This document shows, piece by piece, positions 27,970-34,352 of a DNA stretch of 64,000 nucleotides (position 1 is its first letter; every line of letters starts with the position of its first letter). Source of the stretch: a virus. Below the pieces are notes generated by a model that saw nothing but the letters and a program-made list of their open reading frames with translations, did not search any database and was not told the origin of the DNA. The stretch lies in IMG/VR virus record IMGVR_UViG_3300025849_002201. One strand, 5' to 3'. A program made the translations under genes and the position numbers.

Positions 27970-29253
27970 TTACGCTATTTTTAGCAATATTGTATCAGGA
28001 TTGCAACGTCCGTTAAGTTTTGTATCAGTAGTCGGAATGTCATCTAAGAACTTGCGCAGTGCTACCTTACCTGCACCTTTGAATTCTTTCAACTGTGCTT
28101 CTGGCTTGCGTAGTGTCTTTTGGATACTTTGTGCTTCATCAAATCCTATGATTGTAGTACCCTTGACCTGCAAGCCACTCCCTGCTCGACCCATACCTTT
28201 GGGATCAATGTTCTTAGCAATATATTTGCCTAGCTTGCGTGTCTTGGTATTAAATACCCACAACTCGTTTGCACTAATAATATCTACAGGGTTAATACTT
28301 GCAAGTTTATACTTGTCGTCTGTCTTAGCGTACTTCAGCTTTTCAACTAGCTTGTCTGCACTCTTAGGCTTAGCCTTGCGCGGCGCACGAGTTGCTTTTG
28401 CTGTATCAATTACAAAGTCTAGTGATTGTATCAAACCTTCAATAGCACTTACAAACATCTTAATTTCTGCTTTCTTAAGATGCGCATATCCTTCTTTAAG
28501 TTGTGCCCACATGTCTGCTTCGTGTTCAGTCATCTTCTTTAATTGACCAGCTGTAGGCATACGCTCTAGGTCTTTGAAGTCAGCAATTTCGCCTTCAAAG
28601 AAGGACTTGATCTTACGAGCGTGTGCTTGCGTAACTCCTTGCTTTTGAAAATGCTTTTTAAAGTCAAAACCTTTTGGATCAAAGTTCTTACGATCATTGA
28701 ACCAGCCATCTAACCATTCGTCAATTGCTTCGCTTTGTAATAGAGCTTGATCTCGGATGCGTTCTTGGATAGTAGGAACGTATACGTTCTGTTTGCTCGC
28801 CGCGTCTTCTTGCACTTCTGCAACAATTGCATTGCCTTCTTTAATAATTCGTTCTAGTTGAGGCTTGAGCCATGCAGTTACGGGCTTCAACTCGCCCGAT
28901 GTACCAGGAAGACTGTCCCAGTGCTGTGCGTGTTTAGGATTAAGGTCTGGCATACCGAGACGCAACAATTTACAAATGTATCCAACAGTTACATTTATAC
29001 CGCGTTTCTTTACAGCATCAATATCTGCCTTGGCGTAATCGTTTTCTTTCATCCATGCTAAGGTGTCTGGAAGTAAGTCACTAGCTTTAAAGTTTGCATA
29101 CAAGTCGGCTTTGTAATCTCGTACTCGCTTGTGGTAATCTGCACCACTCCAATTTTCCCAATTTTCAAAATCATAAACATTTTTTTTGTTTTTTGCGATT
29201 GGTGCTAGACGTACTTTTTTACGCGGTGCCTTGATGCCGATGCCTTTTGCCAT
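27970..29253 (-). CDS. Hypothetical phage protein (427 aa)
   Basis: Long ORF with RBS and its own promoter. Confidence 0.75.
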   Translation of the reverse strand: MAKGIGIKAPRKKVRLAPIAKNKKNVYDFENWENWSGADYHKRVRDYKADLYANFKASDLLPDTLAWMKENDYAKADIDAVKKRGINVTVGYICKLLRLGMPDLNPKHAQHWDSLPGTSGELKPVTAWLKPQLERIIKEGNAIVAEVQEDAASKQNVYVPTIQERIRDQALLQSEAIDEWLDGWFNDRKNFDPKGFDFKKHFQKQGVTQAHARKIKSFFEGEIADFKDLERMPTAGQLKKMTEHEADMWAQLKEGYAHLKKAEIKMFVSAIEGLIQSLDFVIDTAKATRAPRKAKPKSADKLVEKLKYAKTDDKYKLASINPVDIISANELWVFNTKTRKLGKYIAKNIDPKGMGRAGSGLQVKGTTIIGFDEAQSIQKTLRKPEAQLKEFKGAGKVALRKFLDDIPTTDTKLNGRCNPDTILLKIA

Positions 29254-29287
29254 TTAACTTACTCCTAAGTTTTAATTTATATTACTT

Positions 29288-29316
29288 ATTATATAGCAAT
29301 GTAAATAAAATGTCAA
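29288..29316 (-). promoter_or_regulatory. Sigma70-type early promoter
   Basis: TTGACA-17-TATAAT. Confidence 0.8.
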
Positions 29317-29323
29317 CCTATAT

Positions 29324-29399
29324 TGGTCCTACTTCTTGGATTCGAACCAAGCCTCCAAAATCCACAATTTTGTGTGCTAACCACTAACACTAAAGTAGT
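29324..29399 (-). tRNA. trnH: tRNA-His(GTG); A73, no G-1, A1:G72 mismatch
   Basis: Cloverleaf, anticodon arm CAAAA-TTGTGGA-TTTTG, T-loop TTCGAAT, CCA encoded. Confidence 0.85.
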
Positions 29400-29403
29400 A
29401 CGT

Positions 29404-29811
29404 TTAACCTACGATTTCGATATCTACGCTTTCGCTGTAATACCCGTTGCTTGTACCGTACCAGCGAATATCTACACTACCTTTCATAGTTCTGAAACGG
29501 TAGTATGTCCAAGTTTCGCTTTCACTCCATTCGTCATCTTCATATTTGCTTTCGCCGTCGTAGTTGCTTACTTCCTCAACCAACAGCAAAGGAGTTCCTA
29601 CTAAGTCATCCAAGTCACCTACGATGTCTTCAATGCTTACACTCTCGCAACAATCTTGGGCGTGATACATACGCACATAGTGATCTTCAGTCAAGTGGAA
29701 GCGAAGTTCGTAATCATCAAGATTTACTACTTTGCAAAGAATTCGTCCTTGCAAATCTTCAAACGATTTTACTGGATCTTGTAAATGGTTATATGTTGCG
29801 TACTTGCTCAT
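29404..29811 (-). CDS. Hypothetical acidic phage protein
   Basis: Start at MSKYAT with RBS. The longer track ORF overlaps tRNA-Phe. Confidence 0.7.
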   Translation of the reverse strand: MSKYATYNHLQDPVKSFEDLQGRILCKVVNLDDYELRFHLTEDHYVRMYHAQDCCESVSIEDIVGDLDDLVGTPLLLVEEVSNYDGESKYEDDEWSESETWTYYRFRTMKGSVDIRWYGTSNGYYSESVDIEIVG

Positions 29812-29831
29812 CTTGTTCTCTCTACTATAAA

Positions 29832-29907
29832 TGGTGCTAGAGGACGGATTCGAACCGCCGACACCCTGGGCTTCAACCAAGTGCTCTACCAACTGAGCTA
29901 CTCTAGC
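29832..29907 (-). tRNA. trnF: tRNA-Phe(GAA)
   Basis: Canonical cloverleaf, loop TTGAAGC, CCA. Confidence 0.95.
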
Positions 29908-29908
29908 A

Positions 29909-29985
29909 TGGCAGTCCTGAAGGGACTCGAACCCCTAACCTACACGTTCGTAGCGTGTTGCTCTAATCCATTGAGCTACAGGACT
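29909..29985 (-). tRNA. trnR: tRNA-Arg(ACG)
   Basis: Arm ACACG-CTACGAA-CGTGT, CCA. Confidence 0.95.
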
Positions 29986-29989
29986 AAAC

Positions 29990-30060
29990 TGGTAGTAAAT
30001 GATAGAATCGAACTATCTCTTCAGGCTTATGAGACCCGAGTCCGGACCACCGGATTTACT
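29990..30060 (-). tRNA. trnM: Atypical tRNA(CAT), probably Met; 71 nt with miniature D-arm
   Basis: Acceptor AGTAAAT/ATTTACT, loop CTCATAA, T-arm GATAG-TTCGATT-CTATC. D-arm is CCGG-TGGT-CCGG with no U8 linker. Confidence 0.7.
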
Positions 30061-30061
30061 A

Positions 30062-30138
30062 TGGAGTGCATGACAGGACTTGAACCTGCATAAAACGGAT
30101 TTGCAATCCGGGGCCTAACCATTCAGCTACACATGCAC
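30062..30138 (-). tRNA. trnC: tRNA-Cys(GCA)
   Basis: Loop TTGCAAA, U73, CCA. Confidence 0.92.
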
Positions 30139-30139
30139 A

Positions 30140-30214
30140 TGGCTGGGGAGGAAGGATTCGAACCTTCGGTACACAGGATCAAAACCTGTTGCCTTACCGC
30201 TTGGCTACTCCCCA
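30140..30214 (-). tRNA. trnQ: tRNA-Gln(TTG)
   Basis: Arm ACAGG-TTTTGAT-CCTGT, CCA. Confidence 0.95.
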
Positions 30215-30219
30215 AAACT

Positions 30220-30296
30220 TGGTGGACTCTCTGGGATTCGAACCCAGGACCTACCGATTAAAAGTCGGTTGCTCTAACCAGCTGAGCTAAGAGTCC
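30220..30296 (-). tRNA. trnK: tRNA-Lys(TTT)
   Basis: Arm ACCGA-CTTTTAA-TCGGT, CCA. Confidence 0.95.
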
Positions 30297-30297
30297 A

Positions 30298-30382
30298 TGG
30301 TGGGGAAGTGTGGTTACGCTCCACTCCCGGTAAAAGACGAGTTTTACAGACTCGCTGCGGAAACTATCCGCTTTACTTCCCC
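30298..30382 (-). tRNA. trnY: tRNA-Tyr(GTA) with non-canonical T- and D-loops
   Basis: Acceptor GGGGAAG/CTTCCCC, arm CGAGT-CTGTAAA-ACTCG, T-loop AGCGTAA. Confidence 0.8.
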
Positions 30383-30383
30383 T

Positions 30384-30458
30384 TGGTTGCTGTGGGTAGG
30401 ATTGAACTACCGACCTAAGAGTTATCAGCTCTTTGCTCTACCACTGAGCTACACAGCA
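30384..30458 (-). tRNA. trnI: tRNA-Ile(GAT)
   Basis: Arm AAGAG-CTGATAA-CTCTT, CCA. Confidence 0.95.
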
Positions 30459-30464
30459 TTAATT

Positions 30465-30539
30465 TGGCACCGGTGGAGAGAATCGAACTCCCTTCGCGCA
30501 GTTTTGGAGACTGCCGCTCTGCCAATGAGCTACACCGAT
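30465..30539 (-). tRNA. trnW: tRNA-Trp(CCA)
   Basis: Arm GCAGT-CTCCAAA-ACTGC, CCA. Confidence 0.95.
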
Positions 30540-30562
30540 ATAAAACTTTTTCCTTCTTCCAT

Positions 30563-30598
30563 AAAAAAACCCCTACTAATATCGCTACTAGCAGGGGT
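30563..30598 (-). terminator. Intrinsic terminator (attenuator 1) directly upstream of tRNA block 1
   Basis: ACCCCTGCTAGT-AGCGAT-ATTAGTAGGGGT followed by T run. Its 5' arm overlaps the 3' arm of an antiterminator. Confidence 0.9.
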
Positions 30599-30628
30599 GT
30601 GTTAAAATAACTTTTCTTAACTACTACG

Positions 30629-30700
30629 TCAAGACACACTCCTGCCTTCGCTAAACCAGCGAATGCAATATTGTTGAATATGTTTCATCATTGTAGTCAT
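30629..30700 (-). CDS. Leader peptide 1, MTTMMKHIQQYCIRWFSEGRSVS (putative attenuation sensor)
   Basis: 23-codon ORF between a promoter and the terminator. Codons 4-16 encode only M,K,H,I,Q,Y,C,R,W,F, the ten tRNA specificities downstream. Confidence 0.88.
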   Translation of the reverse strand: MTTMMKHIQQYCIRWFSEGRSVS

Positions 30701-30735
30701 TTCTATTTCTCTTTGTTTAATTCTTTGTATAACTT

Positions 30736-30764
30736 AATATACTATGTTATTTATCATCTGTCAA
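30736..30764 (-). promoter_or_regulatory. Promoter for leader 1 (sigma70-type with embedded late-type TAAATA)
   Basis: TTGACA-gatgataaataacatag(17)-TATATT. Confidence 0.8.
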
Positions 30765-30798
30765 CCACTATTTGACAATTTAGACAGAAAATTTAGTT

Positions 30799-30873
30799 TG
30801 GTATCCCGTAGGAGAATCGAACTCCTCTTTCCTGCGTGAAAGGCAAGCGTCCTAACCGATAGACGAACGGGAC
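30799..30873 (-). tRNA. trnE: tRNA-Glu(TTC)
   Basis: Loop CTTTCAC, CCA. Confidence 0.95.
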
Positions 30874-30879
30874 AAAAAA

Positions 30880-31142
30880 CGGAAGTAAAAAAGCAAGTAA
30901 TGAACTAGACAATGTGCATTAAGGTACTTCGCATCGCGCTTCACCTTCCAAGCAATCTACAATAAGCAACATGCAGAGGGCTTGTTTATTTCCAGCAATC
31001 AAAGTGCAACTGTTCTGTAAATCTGGAGCATACAAGCACGGAGACGTTTCAAGCGTCCTGAGCTATAGTTGTTGTTTAATTTCTAGTAAACTAGAAACAC
31101 GTAACAACACGGTTGTCCATCCTCATCTCAATTTTACTTCCG
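30880..31142 (-). ncRNA. Candidate ~260-nt structured ncRNA
   Basis: Perfect 11-bp closing inverted repeat (30880-30890/31132-31142), several internal hairpins, no ORF. Confidence 0.55.
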
Positions 31143-31170
31143 GGTAGTTTTACTAAACTACCAAAACCTC

Positions 31171-31734
31171 TTAGAGGATGCCTGCTCGTTCTAAGAAACG
31201 TGCTGTTTCCTCATCCAACTCAATTTCTGTTTGAACATTAAGCTCAAGCAGTGTATCCTGCAACTTCTGCTTCTGACGCTTCAAGTCAGCAACAGTGCGT
31301 TTAAAATCTTCCACTTCTGCCTTGGTAAAGATTGAAGTGTCCACAGCTTCACGACCGTACCCGTAACGATCTTCCTTGCCGTCTTTCAACTTGGCAATCT
31401 TACCTTCAATAACAGCATCACTTAGACGAGCTGCTTTTGTAGCGTAGGTGTTGTTGAACTGGATTTCTTTCTCCAAGTGTGCAACATCTGCTAGCAAATC
31501 GTTAATGCTTTCATCAGCATTTGCACGAGCAACTGCTTTGCGGATAGCGTATAGCGCACCCACTAGCTTGTTGCGTGTTGCACTGTGAGTTATGAATACA
31601 TCACGCACAGCATCGATCTGAGCAGAGTGATCTTCAAACTCGTTAACGCTTACTGATGTTTCGAAAGTCAAACCTTTGATCATTTCGTTGATGCTGTTCT
31701 GTACAGCGTTTGCTTTGCGTAGTGTAATGTTCAT
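31171..31734 (-). CDS. Hypothetical coiled-coil protein
   Basis: 187-aa ORF with RBS and upstream promoter. Confidence 0.75.
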   Translation of the reverse strand: MNITLRKANAVQNSINEMIKGLTFETSVSVNEFEDHSAQIDAVRDVFITHSATRNKLVGALYAIRKAVARANADESINDLLADVAHLEKEIQFNNTYATKAARLSDAVIEGKIAKLKDGKEDRYGYGREAVDTSIFTKAEVEDFKRTVADLKRQKQKLQDTLLELNVQTEIELDEETARFLERAGIL

Positions 31735-31759
31735 CTTCTTTTCCTTTGTGTATGTGTAT

Positions 31760-31787
31760 ATTATACAGTATTTTACTGCTTTGTCAA
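31760..31787 (-). promoter_or_regulatory. Sigma70-type promoter inside tRNA block 2
   Basis: TTGACA-16-TATAAT. Confidence 0.7.
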
Positions 31788-31924
31788 CTATTATTTTAAA
31801 GTGGCATCAGCTTATTCTAGTCATTTGTTAACGGGCCCAGCTGCCTTCAAGCTACTATGTAGCTTCTTTTTACACCTACGTGGGTAACTAGAATTGTTTT
31901 TATTCCCACTCTTCAAAATAAACT

Positions 31925-32001
<77 letters not shown>

Positions 32002-32006
32002 AAATA

Positions 32007-32082
32007 TGGTAGGACGTAACGGGTTCGAACCGCTGACATTTGCCGTGTAAAGGCAACGCTCTACCAACTGAGCTAACGTCCT
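32007..32082 (-). tRNA. trnV: tRNA-Val(TAC)
   Basis: Arm TTGCC-TTTACAC-GGCAA, CCA. Confidence 0.95.
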
Positions 32083-32083
32083 A

Positions 32084-32173
32084 TGGCGGAAGCGGTGGGA
32101 TTCGAACCCACGGAACCTTGCGGTTCGCTAGTTTTCAAGACTAGTGCCTTCAGCCAGACTCGGCCACACTTCC
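32084..32173 (-). tRNA. trnS: tRNA-Ser(TGA)
   Basis: Arm CTAGT-CTTGAAA-ACTAG, long variable arm, G73. Confidence 0.95.
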
Positions 32174-32177
32174 TAAT

Positions 32178-32199
32178 TGGTAGCAGGTGTTACACCCGC
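32178..32199 (-). other. CCA-ended microhelix resembling the tRNA-Gly acceptor stem
   Basis: GCGGGTG-TAA-CACCTGC-TA-CCA. The first 11 nt are identical to the 5' end of tRNA-Gly(TCC). Confidence 0.5.
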
Positions 32200-32285
32200 A
32201 ATAAACTTTTAAAACTGGCAGTCCAACATGCACTCTTTTAACTTATCCGCCCAGGTCATTCGACAACGATAAGTACCAGTTAATT

Positions 32286-32359
32286 TGGAGCGGGAGAAGG
32301 GAATCGAACCCTCGTAGTAACGTTGGCAACGTTCTGCTCTACCATTGAGCTACACCCGC
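32286..32359 (-). tRNA. trnG: tRNA-Gly(GCC)
   Basis: Loop TTGCCAA, U73, CCA. Confidence 0.93.
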
Positions 32360-32460
32360 AATATATAAACGTATAGGCTCCTACTGAAAGTGCTATACAA
32401 ACTCACCTACACTTTGTTTAACTTGCTCGCTCTATGAGCGTTGTAGGCTTAACCGCAATA

Positions 32461-32546
32461 TGGTGTCAATCGAGGAGTCGAACCTCGCCGCAGTAGGTGA
32501 CATGACGCCTGTAGTGTCTGTTACTGTTAGCGAACCCGCATTGACA
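32461..32546 (-). ncRNA. tRNA-like RNA with intact acceptor, T-arm and CCA but non-canonical D/anticodon domain
   Basis: TGTCAAT...CGAGG-TTCGACT-CCTCG-ATTGACA-CCA. Confidence 0.6.
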
Positions 32547-32550
32547 TATA

Positions 32551-32626
32551 TGGTGGAGGTTACCGGGATCGAACCGATGACCTATTGCTTGCAAAGCAAT
32601 CGCTCTCCCAACTGAGCTAAACCCCC
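32551..32626 (-). tRNA. trnA: tRNA-Ala(TGC)
   Basis: G3:U70, loop TTTGCAA, CCA. Confidence 0.95.
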
Positions 32627-32631
32627 GTTAT

Positions 32632-32708
32632 TGGTCGGAGTACAAGGATTCGAACCTTGGACCCTCTGCTCCCAAAGCAGATGCGCTACCAGGCTGCGCC
32701 ATACTCCG
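32632..32708 (-). tRNA. trnP: tRNA-Pro(TGG)
   Basis: Arm TCTGC-TTTGGGA-GCAGA, CCA. Confidence 0.95.
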
Positions 32709-32806
32709 TAAATTAGTTTAAGCAGTTTTGCGTCCTACTTAGGACGGCCAGTCTCCTGGGCACCATTTGCTCAATTGTTTTACAAGGGGAACAAAACCCT
32801 TAAACT

Positions 32807-32889
32807 TGGTGCCCAATGAGGGACTCGAACCCCCACGCTTTCGCACTGGTACCTAAAACCAGCGTGTCTACCAATTCCACCAATTGGGC
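32807..32889 (-). tRNA. trnL: tRNA-Leu(TAG)
   Basis: Arm CTGGT-TTTAGGT-ACCAG, variable arm, A73. Confidence 0.95.
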
Positions 32890-32950
32890 AATAAGATTCT
32901 AAAGGCTTAACTTGTCCCTACTAGGCAACAAGTGCTAAAGAATCATTGTA

Positions 32951-33026
32951 TGGTGCCGCAACAAGGATTCGAACCCTGGACCTACTGATTACAAATCAGT
33001 TGCTCTACCAACTGAGCTATTGCGGC
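32951..33026 (-). tRNA. trnT: tRNA-Thr(TGT)
   Basis: Arm ACTGA-TTTGTAA-TCAGT, CCA. Confidence 0.95.
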
Positions 33027-33109
33027 GTTATCTTCTTACTCTGCAACTAGGACAAAAATCATCGTGTCCTAGTTCAGTTTTACATTCACTACATGTTTTC
33101 ATATAGTAC

Positions 33110-33331
33110 TTATTCGTCGTTGTTGACATCTTCAACAATATTGAGTTGATAAGAACGAATAATTTGTTCTTCTAAGTCGTTCTTATTAAACTCACCCGAT
33201 TCAAGTCTACGTAGTGCATCAGCTGCACTTGAGGCTTGCTTAGATCTAACTAGATAAGCACATACACCTACTAAGTCTGTTCTGTTGATGCCTGTTGCAT
33301 CCATTGCTTCTTCAATAAAGACTCGTCCCAT
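33110..33331 (-). CDS. Small hypothetical protein within the tRNA array
   Basis: 73 aa. Own promoter TTGACA-16-TATACT at 33370-33397. Confidence 0.6.
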   Translation of the reverse strand: MGRVFIEEAMDATGINRTDLVGVCAYLVRSKQASSAADALRRLESGEFNKNDLEEQIIRSYQLNIVEDVNNDE

Positions 33332-33406
33332 GTGTGTAACCTTTCATGCGTTACTGTTTCTATACATTAAGTATAACACCTACACCGTAGATGTCAACCT
33401 GTTAAA

Positions 33407-33481
33407 TGGAGCGGGTGACAAGGATCGAACTTGCGACGAACAGCTTGGAAGGCTGACACTCTACCACTGAGTTACACCCGC
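33407..33481 (-). tRNA. trnG: tRNA-Gly(TCC)
   Basis: Loop CTTCCAA, U73, CCA. Confidence 0.95.
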
Positions 33482-33485
33482 ATAT

Positions 33486-33580
33486 TGGCTTTCCAGCTAC
33501 CTTAGGAGTTTACCCTATAGTGTTTCACTTTACGCTATGACAGCTTTTAACTGAGAGATCATAGCAACTAAGACTGGAAA
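33486..33580 (-). ncRNA. CCA-ended RNA with tRNA-like acceptor stem and non-tRNA body
   Basis: 5' TTTCCAG pairs with 3' CTGGAAA-G-CCA. Internal stems GCTATGA/TCATAGC and CTTAG/CTAAG. Confidence 0.55.
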
Positions 33581-33582
33581 CT

Positions 33583-33670
33583 TGGCGGAGCGACTGGGAG
33601 TCGAACCCAGTGACCGTTTGCACGGTCTACAGATTAGCAATCTGCTGCATTACCATCCTGCCCCCGCTCC
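33583..33670 (-). tRNA. trnS: tRNA-Ser(GCT)
   Basis: Loop TTGCTAA, long variable arm, G73. Confidence 0.95.
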
Positions 33671-33737
33671 GTAAACATATCCCCGATTTATCAGATTCGT
33701 TGCATCAGCTATACTGTATGCAGGATATGTTTAAACT

Positions 33738-33813
<76 letters not shown>

Positions 33814-33815
33814 AT

Positions 33816-33983
33816 AAACTCTACTTACAACTACACTGTTTGCAGACTCGAACTGCGGTTGCCCGTCGGCAAATGAGGACCACCTCACGAACGGAATCGA
33901 ACCGTCTACCTCCCATTATTCACAGTGTATGTGTAAGTAGAGTTTTAGTGATGTATGTTGGTAGCATACATCTTCTACTTACA
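33816..33983 (-). ncRNA. Structured 5' leader RNA with two T-loop hairpins and alternative pairings
   Basis: 24-bp inverted repeat (33816-33839/33922-33945, 2 mismatches) enclosing GCAG-TTCGAGT-CTGC and ACGG-TTCGATT-CCGT. A third copy of the stem strand lies at 33973-33983. Confidence 0.6.
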
Positions 33984-34071
33984 TCTCCTATCATCGCTTG
34001 CGCTAAGGAGCGTAAAATTTTCTATCTAAATTGTCAAAGAGCGTGTAAACATTGCTGCTTACTGTTTATAC

Positions 34072-34100
34072 AGTGTAACAAATAATCTTGTACTTGTCAA
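34072..34100 (-). promoter_or_regulatory. Sigma70-type promoter
   Basis: TTGACA-17-TACACT. Confidence 0.7.
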
Positions 34101-34158
34101 CCTGTTTGTTTAATCTTTCTAGCAACTCTAAACTACTGTTCTTTGTTGCTATGTGTTT

Positions 34159-34187
34159 ATTATAGTGTATTACTTAGTGCCTGTCAA
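34159..34187 (-). promoter_or_regulatory. Sigma70-type promoter (consensus)
   Basis: TTGACA-17-TATAAT, just downstream of attenuator 2. Confidence 0.8.
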
Positions 34188-34207
34188 CTATTATTTTGCC
34201 TAATCAT

Positions 34208-34240
34208 AAAAAAAGCCCCTAACATTTCTGCTAAGGGCTT
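34208..34240 (-). terminator. Intrinsic terminator (attenuator 2) upstream of tRNA block 2
   Basis: AAGCCCTTAGCA-GAAA-TGTTAGGGGCTT-TTTTT. Confidence 0.9.
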
Positions 34241-34265
34241 TTAAAAATCTTGTAGTATGTTCTAC

Positions 34266-34352
34266 TTAACTCTTACAAACCCCGCAGGCATCCGCACCCG
34301 GATTACTTGATCCGACTGTCGAATATTCTACTGATGTTAGTACGAGTTTCAT
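34266..34352 (-). CDS. Leader peptide 2, MKLVLTSVEYSTVGSSNPGADACGVCKS (putative attenuation sensor)
   Basis: 28-codon ORF with AAGGA RBS. 19 of codons 3-22 encode L,V,T,S,E,G,N,P,A,D, the ten amino acids of tRNA block 2, and all ten appear. Confidence 0.85.
   Translation of the reverse strand: MKLVLTSVEYSTVGSSNPGADACGVCKS

Noticed and set aside
29323-30639. Track ORFs overlapping tRNA block 1 (29323-29604, 29785-30093, 30297-30605, 30415-30639, and the 5' extension of 29404-29892)
   Set aside because: They run through bona fide tRNA genes or the terminator. The real leader ORF (30629-30700) is in a different frame from 30415-30639.
32461-32546. tmRNA (one- or two-piece) interpretation of the tRNA-like element
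   Set aside because: No G3:U70 Ala determinant and no adjacent tag reading frame ending in an ..AA-type degron.
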